64,000 nt of DNA, from assembly GCA_030248215.1 (NCBI GenBank), contig JASANG010003711.1, forward strand, positions 124,001 to 188,000, read 5' to 3'. Under the pieces are notes generated by a model, which ran no database searches, was not told the DNA's origin, and saw nothing but the letters and a program-made list of their open reading frames with translations. How positions within the stretch are numbered: the stretch's first letter is position 1; each line of letters opens with the position of its first letter. Positions 40,801 through 55,800 of the stretch are shown in pieces. A program made the position numbers and the translations under genes. Source of the DNA: Enoplolaimus lenunculus. Its lineage: Eukaryota.

Positions 40801-43800
40801 ACGACGCCTTGTTGATTTTTTTGCGGTGACCCACACCTATTCAAATTTCTGTTTATACCCCCGCGCCTAACGAATTAATTTCGCTGAACAAAAACAAACA
40901 AAAACTATATTGCCCAACTTACATTAATATTGCCATACTTAGCCGCTAAATGCAACGGTGTGAATCCTTTCTTCGTTTGATTAGCCATCGGAGCGCTGTG
41001 TTCAAGCAGGACAGACGCAACTTCTTCTTGGCCTTCTTTCGCCGCAATATGCAATGGTGTATATGCGTCTTTAGTTGCAGCGTCCACTTGTGCGCCATGT
41101 TGCAACAACAGCATAACAATATCGGTATTGCCCAAGCGTGCAGCTATGTGCAACGGCGTTTGCTGTTCCTAAAATACAGTTATTTTTCATTTGTACGAAA
41201 ATTTAAGCAACGCATCACATTAGGCAAGCCAATGACAAATCATTAATTGAAATACTGTTACAAAATTACAAGATCTGCATACACAACTGAAGATAAGGCG
41301 GAAGAGAAGTAGCTTCATCATTTTAAGTGTAACATGTCACACAGGCTCGCAGCCAGAATTTTGCCAATGCAGGATAGGATTACATTATGTGGCTTTGTTG
41401 TGATACAACTAAAAACGTCCCCCCAAAACCCTGGACAAAATCAAAGTGGAAGTTGACCATTAGCCACCACCGGCTACGCCTTGAAGCAAACGACAACCAA
41501 ACCCTACTTTCAAACTTACTCTAGCTCTCGCGTCCACAGTAGCCCCGTTGCGCAACAATATTCGAATGATATCAGTCTGATTTGCTCGTGCAGCTAAATG
41601 TAACGGTGTCTCACCACGAACAGTGGTCACATCCGGATTGGCACCGTGTTGAATTAAATAAATTACGATATTCATGCAGCCCATAAACGCGGCGACATGC
41701 AGCGGCGTAAGCCCAGACTAAAATTAAATGAAAAATTTACTGATCTAAACAAATTGTTCGCATATTTATTATACAAACGCGTAGGTGCTTCAGCAGAAAA
41801 AAAGTGTTAGGGTAGGGTTAACGCTTGACAAATTTTAAATTTGTCACACGTTATTCCTACCTTATGACACTTTTTGTGGCAAGGGTAAATTTTATATTGT
41901 GCACGGCGCATTATTTATTCAGTTGCACTCCGATGACGTGCATATGCCAATTACTTATTAAGCGAACTACTATTTCGCACAGGAACACAGAGCTGCATAT
42001 TACACACGGGTACCCGCAGGTAAGTGCAGGCCGGGTATGAAAAATTTGATGCGGGTATACCCTAGGGTAAAGAATTTCAAAGGGTGGGTAAAAATTTGTC
42101 AATTTTTACCCACCTAAAATTTTCATAAGAAACGGAAAACATCATTTTTCAAAATACACAGATCGTATCTCTCACAAATAAAGCATGTTGCTATGATTAT
42201 ACTGTAGAAAATCTTACGTTTTTAAACTTAGTGAAAAACAAGTATTACACTTCTGGAATTTCCTGTTAAATCAAAAACTATTTGCGGCTTTTTGAATGGC
42301 AGCATCAATAAATCTTATTCCGTTTGCTTATATTCTTTGCGTTCCTATAGAAGTTATGCGTTTATTTGGCTGGAAACAATATATTCACAAGTTTTCTGAA
42401 TGAGGTCTTCAGACAAACCGCTACTAAACCATAAAGAAATATGTGATTTATACGCTTTTAACAACTTAACTGAAAGATATGCCGCTCACAATAAAATTAG
42501 CGACATGGGCACTACAGCAATTTTCATAAACCTAAGCCAAAACGTATAGCATAAGAAATAGTTATTCATACAAACGCCGAGTTTACCTCAGTAGTTGCTT
42601 CAATCGATGCTTTATATTTGAGTAACAATTCGACAACTTTAATTCGATTCTTTTTGCATGCAATATGCAACGGTGTAAATCCATTCAGCGCTCTCGCATT
42701 CGGATCTGCAGAACGATCAAGAAGCAATTTTGCTACTTTTACCTGAAAAAAGTACACACATATAGACAGCGCTTGTAATTCGGAACTGATTTATACAAAT
42801 CAACATAATCATTATAGTGTTTTCACTCAGATGCTGAACAGTTTTTCAGTCACCAATTTCAGTGGCACATTTTGTATAGAACAATAATATGAATTGCAGG
42901 TGTCTTGAGGCCTGACCAACCGAACACTACAGTTAAGTAAACAATTGTCTAATATCGCAGACATTTTAACACATTTCGCATTTAAACGTATGTACATAAC
43001 ATCATACACCGCATCTCATTAGATTTAGCCTACATACAAACATGATTTTGTGTGAACACACGATAGGGTTGGATCAATTTTTCTCCTTAGGGTTGGGCCA
43101 ATTTTTCTCCTATACATCTGATTATCACTCACGTGTCCACAGTGTGCAGCAACATGCAATGGTGTTAAATAGTCAACAGTGACGTCATCCACTGGCGCCC
43201 GATGATACAACAAAATCCGCGCCGAATCAACATGATCACCCTGTGCAGCCATGTGTAACGGAGCGAGACCATTCTAAAAGTAAAGATAAAAATTTTAGCA
43301 GTATTTTTTAAACTCACCGAACGTTAAACATTATTATTATTATTATAAAATTACATAAAGTGTCCAACTTTTCCCTCGGAGAAACAATTATTTTGCAAAA
43401 CCTTATCTCAAACCTTGCGTCAGAATCCTAAACGCTACTAAAATTTCGGTTTCCAACCAGAGCTAAACCGAAACTTATTTCAACTAAATAAACAATATCA
43501 GCTCATGGCGAATATCAATCTCATTCGTATCTAACAATAATTTCAATTTGAGTAGACTAGAATCATCAATGTATCGACACCATCCATGTCACCCTAAATT
43601 AAAAACACCAATCCAAACTAAAGCAGTCATGTGTACCTTGGTTTTCGCAGATATCGGCGCCCCCTTTTCCAGCAACAAATCCACCACTGAATCGTGTCCT
43701 GAACGTGCAGCGCAATGCAACGGCGTCAGCAGATCTCGTGTTCGGCAATCGATAACTGCGCCGTGAGCGAGTAACAGCGTCGCCATATTGCCGCGGCCCC

Positions 43801-46800
43801 ATTTCGCAGCAACATGCAACGGTGTAATATTGTGTCGCGCTTGATAATTGACGTTCGCACCTTTTTCGAGCAACATTCGCGCGATCGCCTCATTGCCGTA
43901 GTGTGCGGCGATGTGCAGTGGTGTAAAACCGCTCTGAAACACAATTTAATAAAGCAGGGTGTGATGAGACATCTGGCTCCGCAAACTGCCCAGAATGCAG
44001 TACGTAACATAATACTAAAATCCCCCGTAAACAGAAAGTTACAACAATTTTAACCAGTAGCTACTCTAAGAGGACGTTGAAGACTTACTTTCAATCGAAA
44101 CATACATTCATATTAAATTCGGCTATAGTATGTTCTATATTTATCGCACCGCACCACCTATATGCAACAAAACAAGCATGAATTAGTGTTGGCCTCAACA
44201 CCGATTTAACAACAAAGACATTACCAACAAACATATCAACATATAAAATTAATGCACAATACAATATTCCGATCCTATCGGAAGCCTCAAAGAAATCAAA
44301 TTTCGTTTATAACGTAATATGGTATCCATTTCGCTAAGAATTACAACTGAATAGATGACAGACAGCAACATGCGGGTACTAAGAAGCACTAGTTTTAACA
44401 CTCGCTCTTCAAAAACTTCACGTTTGCGTTGTACGAAAATATCCAACTGTCGTGGACAAAACCTAAACCAAGCTCGTTTTGTCGGTAAATCCCTTAGCCG
44501 GCGTTCCCTTAGCCGGAGTTAACCAATCAACTATCAACTCCAGATTTCACCTATCACTCACATTTGTTGCGCACGTGCTCCATGCGGACCAGCTAGCAAC
44601 TGGCATATCCCTAAAGCCAGCAAACCCATCATCGTTGTTACCATCAACCGGTGACAAATTATTAATTTCGTTCAAAAGCAACCCACGACGATTATCATCG
44701 CCACTACGATTCTCAGCCGAAACGCTGCTCAGCAACGTTAACCCTGCGGTAGAATCGAACATCGTCAACTTCTCATTGCCTTGCAGCCAAATGGTGCCAG
44801 GATATACAGGAATTCGGCCGACCGGCGGATATGCAGCTGGGTACGGCCAAACATAATGGTAGCAAAACGATCTATGCTGCCCAGGCATTATATAACTAAC
44901 TATATCTACTGATATTACATTACACTTTAGTTTCACATTCACACATATACACACCTCATCAATTTTACTCCATGTCATATTGGTCAACGCTACAAAATAC
45001 TGCTAGGGTGCAAAATAGATTTGCTACAACTCTACAGCGGACACATCAATTTACCTACATTTTTAAGCGGGCACTATACTTGTCGTGAAGCGTCCTGCTC
45101 AAGACGGCGTTGCAAATCAAAAAAATTTGTTTACAAATTGTTACGCAATGCAGTACCACCCATTTACGCGTTCCCGGTATATATATCAGGGTGCAACCGG
45201 AATTTGAAAATTTTACCGGAACCGGAACCGGAAAGTGAAAAATGCATTTCACCAAAAATTTCATTTTAATCGTATTTTTTGCTCTATTATTTGTGAAATA
45301 ACCTCAGTCGAACATTTTTAGATTTTCGTCGTCGATTGAAGTGAAATCTACCATCAAAGGCTTATATTTGGAGTACAGGTGGCTTTCAAAAGAGATTCTT
45401 AAAAATTTACCGGAACCGGAACCGGAAGGTGAAAAAATGCCGGAACCGGAACCGGAATTCCGGTTGCACCCTGATATATATAACGCCACCATCGGTCTAC
45501 AAAAACATCTAACGTTTTTGACAACGTCGAAATAACAGAAACAAACCAACATAATAATCCATAATAGCTCCCCTTCAAACAAACATTAATGCAAGGATAA
45601 ACTTCGAGTCACAACCTAAACATGAATACGTTTTAGAACCAAGCCTAAACATTATAACCGGCCGAGCAATGGCACAACCGAGGTGTTTCAATGGTCAACC
45701 CCCCGTTTGATTGAAATAAAAGGATTTGTAAATATATACTTTTTCAGTTCGTAACACAAGAACCCCCTTTCGATATTTTTATAGAACGTAACCCCACTTT
45801 CCAAAATTTTGGCTATATACCCATGTGTGTGATTACCCCAGCGTTGCATTAGTAGTTCGGCGACTGCTTTCAAATTCAAAAATGATGGTTGCAAACCTAA
45901 AAAACTTTCAAAATCATATATACTTATTGTATAACCCAGGCAAACAGACCAGAACTATGCTTTTAAAAAAACTACTCGCTTCCTCCGTGCGTCTTTTAAA
46001 GTTTATTTCAACTGTAGCACAGGGTACAAAACCCAGAAAATAAGTTTCAAATAATGTTGCCTATTACACAACAGACTCGCACTTTTAAACGGGTGCGAGA
46101 TGCGAGCGCCCCCTACAAGCAGCTTAGTCCTTGCTGGCGAAAATTTTTTTGATCAACACAACAAGAATTCTTTCTACGTTACGAAAGTGTTCCTTGCCAA
46201 TCTAGACACATTCTTGCCGTCAATACTAATAATTCCTGGTTACTTAGCTTTCACTGCGTGGAAAACTCAAGATACTACGTAATATAATAAATATAACTTA
46301 TTACACTATACAAAATACATCGTAACCAATAAGTGAATTACACATCGTAAATGTAAAATAAACAACGCGCAATAAAACGCACAAACAAGACAGTTTACGC
46401 CAATAATCCACAGTCGAGTTGAATACAACCAAATTTCCCAAGAGATCGGCCAATGTTGGAGCAAAAAAAACTTCTATTTCAAAAACCTACGGAAACAGTT
46501 GTAAACTGTATTTGGAGAATCATTAATGTGGGCGGCGCCCTGAATGCGAGGTTATATGGTTTAGCTTTGACAAACCGACGTAACCGGAAACATGCTACTG
46601 TTTACCAATGTTCATTTTTAATCAAAAGTAGCATCACAACATTGACTTCATTATCTCAAGAGATAAAAAAGGCGACAACGCAACAAACCCAAACAGCGAT
46701 AAAAGAACAACTCAACAAACGATCTGATTCATTACAGCATCCCAGATCATAAAGGGTACGCGCCAGGGTGCAACCGGAATTCCGGTTCCGGTTCCGGCAT

Positions 46801-49800
46801 TTTTTCACCTTCCGGTTCCGGTAAATTTTTACCGGATTTAAAAATTCCGGTGTTATAATTTGGCCGTTTTCTTAACTTTGCTAATTTTTAAGAATCTCTT
46901 TTGAAAGCCACTTGTACTCCAAATATAAGCCAATGATGGTGGATTTCACTTCAGTCGACGACGAAAATCTAAAATACAACAAATAAAATAAATACCTATG
47001 TTCGACTAAGGTTATTTCACAAATAATAGAGCAAAAAATAAGAATAAAATGAAATTTTTGGTGAAATGCATTTTTCACTTTCCGGTTCCGTTTCCGGTTC
47101 CGGTAAAATTTTCAAATTCCGGTTCCGGTAAATTGTAATTCCGGTTGCACCCTGGTTCGCGCACAACAAAACAATGCCGTAAACTAAGAAGGGTCCTTGG
47201 ATGCCAACCCACTTGTGTTCGTTGGCCAGTGTTCTTGGTAAATTTGTTTGCGGTTGGTATTAGAAAAACCCGTTTCAAAATTTTTTCCACAACCTTCGTT
47301 TCTAAAATCGTAGGCAACGCTTCTGCATGAAAAGACCTACTCAGAACAACAGGTCATGCACACGTGTTTATAAAATAAATGCGTATATATCATGCGACAA
47401 TATAGCGTAACGTCAGCTTTCATCCAAATACGTTGCAAGTTCCTAGAAATTTAGACAACTACGATTTGAAAAATATATCGTTCATTCACTCATATATAAA
47501 AACACGTGTGTGTATATATATGTAACTAACTGTGTAAACGTTTTTAAACTATTTTTTCAAATTCAATTCAAGCAAGTTAGTCGAAAACGAAAAAATCTCT
47601 AGCCGAAACACTACTAGAATCTACCGGAAGCGGTTTGTTCTGTGATTACGGGCCAAGACTTTAGGATTCAAGTAATTGAAAGTTCTTGCAAATTTACATT
47701 TACATACGTATCAAGTAAAGCTAAACAGTCAAATTAAGCTCCGAAATTTAATACATTTCCAAATTGTCGATAACCAACTCAAGCTACGTATACGTACGTA
47801 TATATCGCGATTATTCAACGTTTCAAAAATTGAAATCAGTGAAATGTCCAAAAAAGACAAAGTTGAAATTTGCCACTTTTAAAATCGAGACCATTTTCAA
47901 GTTTCCGCTGGCGAAGAAAGAAGTTAACTAGAAACACGCAACATTCGGAACACAAGCACATCACACAATATTCTATTTGGATAATAAGTACATAACTGTG
48001 TTACACCACTGAACATTTTTGCTATTTCAAATCTGATTTAAAAAGTGACAAATCTTATTTAGACAGTAAAAAGATAAAGCGGTACGTATAATTTTTAAAA
48101 AACAAAGATATCACCAAATCCCACTGCGTAAATTAAGTGTCACAAAGCAATTTAAATACCAATTTGCTGTCAAGCAATGTTACGTATTAAGTTTTTGTCA
48201 AACAGGACTATACTTATAACCATAAGTCAACTATCATTTGCCTTTGCTTACAAAATTGAACAACCCTAAAAAGTTTACCAGACGTACTGAAACCGAATGT
48301 TACACTGAATTAGAGCTCTACTATTTAGTAAATAAGTCAAAAATGTGTCTTAAGCGAGTTTTAGCGTTTCGTGAGTGTGTTTGTACGAGTGATTAAAACG
48401 AAAAAGAAAGGGTAAAAAACTCGCTTACGGCACGGTTTTACTAAAAAGCACAACAGTATTTCGCTGTTAAAAATTATTTTAAAATGCGGTTCCTGCTCCG
48501 GCAGAAAAGTTTAATAATTCCTGTTCCTATTCCTGTTGTGGTAAAAAAATCTCTTGACGCGAAAATTTTTATTTTTAATTCGATCTTTTTCGGCAACATC
48601 GCAAAAATTCCGGCCCCTGCAAACGGTGCAACCGGTATTCCGGTTACAGTTCCGGCATTTTTTCAGCTTCCGGTTCCGATAAATTCTTTGCGGAATTAAA
48701 AATTTTGGTAATAAAATTTGGCTGGTGGAAATTAAGGTATTTTACTAAAAATGACGATAAAAATTAAATAGATTTTACTAGTACACTATGCAAACCTTGA
48801 CAATTGCCGAAAATAAAATATCGACGGTAGATTTCGCTTCCGTGGATTATGAGAATCTAAAATACAGCAGATAAAGTGAATACTTATCTCCAACGAGGCT
48901 TATTTCACCAATAACATTGCAAAAAAGAAAATTAAAACGAATTTTTCGATGGCACATGTATTTTTCATTTTCCGGTTCCGGTTAAATTGTAATTCCGGCC
49001 GCACCCTGCCCCTGCGTCTTTCAATACGGAAACCCGAGTAGAAACAGTAGTTGCATTTCTGCAGGAATCCTGAAGTATATCGACAATGTATACAACATAT
49101 GTATATTATATGTTTTTATGAAACAATAATGAATCAATCTAAAACACAACTCTATTCAATCACGCTCAGTGCTCTTTACACCAGTCCAACTTTAACACAA
49201 GTGATGTATAAAAGAAAACAGAAACCATTGATTTTAATGCAAATACAAAATTGCTGTGTAAAGTGATCTTAATGTTGCAATAATGAATCAGCGCTGAAGC
49301 AAAAGAAGCATTGAATTCAAAAATGAACAAAGCGACAACATTTTTACAACATGTGGTCATTATTGAACAAATCGACATGTTGTATTGTTCGAAACAGCAA
49401 CCCATTACACTTAATAGTATCATCACAGTTTATTTTTCTAGTCACTCATAATATATTCTTTAAGCCGTTAGTCAAAATTGACTAAAGACTACTCTTCTCA
49501 TGTCAACCTGACCAAAAAGATAGATATGTATTACGACCATGATGTATTATTGCCCCACAAGAATAGTCAGCGGCAGGGCTTAATCAAGAATTTCGGAACT
49601 AAAATTATTTTCTTTTTTTCAAATTTTCAATTAGCAAACGAAATCATTACGGAGTAACTACAATAAACCTAATATATTTTTCTTAGTTTCCGCCGACATT
49701 AGCTCAGGTTTAGAAGTTTTGATGCTGCAACTCTCCGTACACACAGAACGGAACCTACCAAAATTATCAAACACATAATATGTCAATTGAACTAAACAAA

Positions 49801-52800
49801 AAACCACACGAACGTACATACTCCCAATTAACCCCATTCCAGTAACAGTTTCGATTAAATAAAAAACGGCGTAGCCAGCCAGTAGGGGTTTAGCAATCCA
49901 ATCACCCTTTTGATTATTGTACAGAATTTGCAGAATATTTTTCACTTGAAATTGGTAAACACAAGAAGCCTTCCTTCGAAATTTTCATAAAACGCGAACC
50001 GCTGCTCCAAAATCTGACTACGACCGTGTTATTAAGCAACACAATACAATAAATAAATGGAACCTCCTGCACAATAACCAAAAGCCCACTTTCCAGCCGC
50101 CCATTATCGAGTCGCCGCCCGTCATCGAGTCGCCGCCCATCATCAAGTCCACACCTACACTGTAATTGCTAAACTACATTGCGCTTCAAACTCTTTTTAC
50201 GTACCTTAGACGTCACATCCGGATTATGCTCATTTTGTAACAACAGCGATGCAGCTTTTGTGTCGTCTTTTTTCGCTGCAATATGAAGTGCAGGCAAACG
50301 CACTTTGCCACGCGTATCATTTTCAAGCAAAATCGCGACCACTTTGTCATGTCCTTGTTGCAGAGCGACCGCAAGCGGTGTAAATCCGTCCTGAACAAAC
50401 CACAACAATTTGCTATTTTGCATCATTTAACAGTAAAATGGTGTGAATCCGTCCTGAACTAACCACAACAATTTGCTATTTTGCATCATTTAACAGTAAA
50501 ATCATTTAAAAATGTTATTTAAACTTTCACAGAATACCTGAAGACAAAATTCAATAACGACACAATTCCGATTTTCTTAAAAAATGTCAACAGTACCCGA
50601 AATTAGTGTCATACAACTAAAATATCATAACGCAGTAGCCAATTTTCAACAGCCAAGACGGTTTACTTCGATTAAATTATTAATAATATGCTTATTACGT
50701 CGTAAGTGAAAATAATTACAATACCTATTTTCGTTCAAGTATATAACATCAGCAGTATTAAATATAAAGTACTATTTAACAAGAAATACGAGTTGTACCT
50801 CTGTAGCCAATGACTGATTAGCACCATGTGATAGCAAATACGTGACAACTTTGTCATGGTTTTCCTGAGCGGCCATGTACAGCGGAGTAAATCCGTTCTG
50901 GAATAAAATCAGGATACACATAAATTATTCTAAACATAATAGTTAGTTTTACAGTATATAATCTATTTTATAAAGCGGGCTTGGCTTGAAGCAAAAACAA
51001 ACGAAAATGAAGCGGTTTGCACCAATATCCACAACACAACATAACTTACAACTTACTACCCACAACTATTTGGTGTTGGCCAACTCACTATTTTGTGAAC
51101 AATATTTAATGTGTAACCGGAATTACAATTTACAAATACATGACACTGGAAAATTCATTTTAATTTTCTTTTTTGCCAGTATAATTATTGGTGAAATAAC
51201 CGTAGCTGAAAATAGGTAGGTATTTAGTTAATCAGCTATTTTTTATGATTTCATTATCCGCAGAAGTGAAATCTACCATCGATAAATAATTTTCGGTGAT
51301 TATCAAGGTTCACGTATTTACTACGTATGTAGACTAATGAAATCTTTTTTATTTTGATCGCCATTTTTAGAAAAATGTTTTCTAATTTCCACATGACCAA
51401 CATTTGATAATGCACCCTGGTCTTATAACTGTGGGTGATAAAAATATACACTCTCTCACGCCTTCAGGTTTAAGTTTATATTTGCCATGCCTGACCTGTG
51501 ATTGTACATTAACGTTAGCGCCATGATCGACCAAAATCGTTACGATTGTATCTTGGCCGGCCAACGACGCAATATGCAACGCTGTGTTTCCTTTCTAAAA
51601 TACACAATAGAAGACCATTTGTTCGACCTGTCAACATTCACGTATATAACACCACTGTTTAAGCATCGAGCTCAGCAGATCAGTAAGAAGCTAATAACAG
51701 TACGCAGCTATCAACTACTCAACCGTCCACTTACTATATTAGAAACTTAGGAAGTCAAACTAAATGGAATATTCCGCCAACAAAAACAAACTCGACAGGT
51801 TCCATTTTGTCACCGTCACAAGTCGTAACCCATTCTTCAGCATTACATACAAACAACGTAACTGACAAGATATATCATCACATTTCGAAACCCCAAACAC
51901 CAACTAACCTTAGTCGCTGCATCAACGTTAGCACCTCGTTTGAGAAGTTCTTTCACAACATCTTTGTGACCCTCTTTTGATGCCAAATGTAACGCGTTCA
52001 GTCCGTTCTAAACCAAAACGGTACTACACAAATCACAGCTCAGACAGTTTTTGCCTGAACCCAGTAGGGTAGACTGCGGATATCCGGCTGCGGCAAAAAA
52101 CAACATCCGGCTCCGACTTCGGTATTCAACATTGTCGGATATTTATTGCCAAAAACTATAATATAACTCTACATTATACTATTACTTGTGACCGAAATAA
52201 CAATCTTTGGTTGCGGATTTGGTTGGAAATGATAAATATAAGTACTTCAAGACGCCCATTTACTAAGACTCTTGTAAAAACAAAGTTATACATATTATAG
52301 CACGAAGTAATAAAATTAGCACGATAACTTTTAAATTTTTTGTTGAAATATGCATTTAAATATCGAACTATCCGGCTCTGGTATGACCCAGATTTCAAAA
52401 TAATTTTGGTAAAACACTGTTTATCAGGGTTCAACCAGATACCAAAAATGTCAGTTGGATAGTTCAATATATATTTAGTGTACATATACATACTGCTACG
52501 CTCCTAAATAACTGGTGTTCTTTATCGGTTGTGAAGCGTTATTGGAACCCAATAAAGATAGTGAACGCACACGGGCACATGCGCTAATATTTACATTATC
52601 TGTATGACAGCAAAAATAAGTAAAAGTAAGTCGACAGTTCCATTGTAGTGGCAAGTTGGCATAAATAAACACGAATTATGGCATTCAAAAAGGCTTAATC
52701 TTAAATAACAATTTCACAGAACCGAAACCTAAGCCTGGTCCTACGCGTATGGAAGAATTGCACAGAGCCAATTCCTGTTCATGCAAGTTACACGCAGTAA

Positions 52801-55800
52801 ACTTCAATCTAAATACGCATGTAAATCACTTCACACCATTCAACACTACTAAACGATTACTTATATACGTACGTAGTATACTTTATAACTTTACTAGTCC
52901 TCACGGCCCGGCCCAGCGTTCATGAAAGCATTGTTTACACTTTCGACTCATAAATTATGCATATCGACGCATATATCTTACGGTTCTGCGACTGGCGCAG
53001 GGCGCTGCATATATAAACCATCATTAAGAACAATTAAACATTAATCATTTCTGTCTACAAAAGCTGCCTTCTAAACTAAAGACAACAATTATGGCGCTAT
53101 TAGGATCGCACGTGCCCGTAGCTGTGAAAACTTTACGCTCCAACACCTAACCCCACGGAACAGTGCAATACAAAAAGTACCGCTGATATAGAACCAAAAC
53201 ACTGTGGATCATTGTTACAACTAAGTTGCAGGATGGAACCGCAATTCCGGTTCCGGTTAACATTTTAGTTGTTGTTGTTGTTCTTGCTGTTGTAAACTTC
53301 GTACAAATTTTGTTACTTCGGTTTGCAATAGACTTACGTGTGCTAAATAATAAATAATATAACCACTAATGCAATCGCACTTACCGCATTGCATGTATTG
53401 ATATCGGTTCCATTCTTCAAGTAGTCGAGCACTTTGTCCAAATTGCCAGCCCGAGCAGCGCGCAGGAAGCTTGCACTTCCTTCAGTCTGAAAAGAAAAAC
53501 AAATTAAACATATCCTACGTCAGTATAGCTGAGAAAATACTAAACCGTAAATCTGCTACTACTGATCTCGAAATGCTTTCGCCATAAGTCAAATCGGTAC
53601 CTAAGCTGCGTTCACATACCTCGCCTTATCAAGGGACAAATTCCGATTGATTCATTTCCGACACTCTCATAAAATCACGGTGCAACTGGATTTCCGGTTC
53701 CGGTTTAATATCCGGTAATAACCGATATCCGTAGCCGGTTTCGGTACAAGCCTACTGGATACCGGATATTTACGGTTGTAGTCCCGAAAAGAGATGTCCC
53801 GAGGCCAGGGCCATATGCTGTCATGGATGAAACCAGAAAAGAACTAAACACAGTGCAAAACGAACCAGATTATACCGGAAGCAGAATGGGAACAGAAAGA
53901 TAGTAAATATTGGAATGGGAACTGAAAAGTTCGCGTGTTAGCGTATTTTCAATAGTTAATCAGAATCAGAACTAATTGAGAATTTTATTTTAACCCAAAT
54001 CGCAACTCTGTCTCCTAAACCACTGTATTAAGCAACACGCATATCCGAATGGATTCGAAGATCATTTTCGAAACATGTTATAATGACATTCACCAGCGGA
54101 TCCAGAAAGGGGCGCGGATGCGCACCCCCTGTTAGAATTTTTTCAGATAAAATGGTGTAAGGTACCTTACCATTTTTCCCTCAGAAATTCTTTTATCAAA
54201 TGATAAGGTTTCTTTCGCAGAATACATTACAAAATTGCGTTTCACAACATTTGCCAGCCTGTCACCCGTCAAAAATTTCTGGATCCGTACGCTAATTACA
54301 TTACAATATCGAGAGCCGGTGGACATACGGAGACTTGCAAATAAGTTCTGTATTACGAAATTAATTAGCAAAAGCCGCGTTCACGCCCCCTCCTGAAGCG
54401 ATGCATAAATGTACTGGAGCGCTCGGCTCCTCGTTCTATCGGCATAGCATCATATGACGTCATCAGAATTTACGATTATAAGACTCAATTTTATTACAAA
54501 AAAATCATTGTATTCGCAAATTCCGCGTTTAAATCGCATTTACGACGGTGGTAGGTAATATTTAAGACTTTTCTTATACGCTTTAGCCGTAATCGAGCAT
54601 GACCTCAAAATTCATTTACCCATATGTAATAGGTACTATTTCGGCATACAAACTGACCTTATAGTAGGGTTCTTTAGGCACTACGCTATCGTTCATAACG
54701 GTCGGATGGGGAGCCATAGGCTCTGCCAAAACAAGTAACACAAGGTCACACGTTCAACACCAAGATAATCACCAAATAAAACAATGAAAATCAGCCGAAT
54801 AACAAGCTATATCAGCAGCTGTATACTATCTGGTGACTGTGTCGATGCTTAATACCTCAGTAACCACATACACTTTTTGAGCACAAAAATAACACGACAT
54901 TATTAATAAGACCGGCCGTAATAAAACGTCGGAAAGTCGTCTGACAAAAAATGTGCTATGATTGATAAAATATATTCGTATATAAATATCAGAGACAAAA
55001 TTATTGAACCAATTCAATAATATTACAAGTGCTTATCAATGATGTAAAAACATTAAGCGGCTACTTGTACAACCAAATACTGGTCTATCAATTCAATCGT
55101 TATATAATGTCCGGCAATTAATATTAGCCGAAGCCGAACAATAAAGAAAAAGTGTTACTTATATAGAACGCAATGTGTGTAAGTAGTAATACAACACATG
55201 AATAAAATACGTCGATCGTATATTAAATCGAAACCAAAGATTCGATACACAAAAAACGCATATATATCGTACGCTACTGCTATAATATAGAAACAGTAAT
55301 AAATAATGGCGTTTGCATTATACGGTTATAAATTTGCGCTGGCAGGTCTGTAAAACGGTCCCTACACGAAAGCATCCGAGCCAAACTGATAAATCTGTGC
55401 TACAGGGTGATGACTGTAACTGTGATACGTATATTCCGAGTTTTAATCCATTCTATAATCATGAGATACATCTTTTTATACCGAAGTTTGCCGAGTACAC
55501 GTAAGTACGTTTATGTCTGTATTCCTGCAATATATACTGCAACACGACGATTCTTCAAAAACCGAAGTGCCTTTGATAACTAACAGGCAACCACACAATT
55601 GCTCACACACACCTTCCTTCGAGTCCGAACAAAACTTCGTGTTCACCATTGTTCAATGTGCGAAATATGTTATTCATAAACGAACACGTAAACTGCAACA
55701 AGACTCGATTGTTCCACACGACAGGAGTATAAAAATAAACAAATGAACTCAATTGCTGCGACAGACTATAACTAACGGACGAGACAAACTGCCACTGCTC

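Noticed and set aside
19170..50150. Short 2-3 copy tandem duplications (~19170-19210, 43065-43112, 50095-50148; also 11512-11560)
   Set aside because: Ordinary slippage-type intronic duplications with no evident effect on splice sites.
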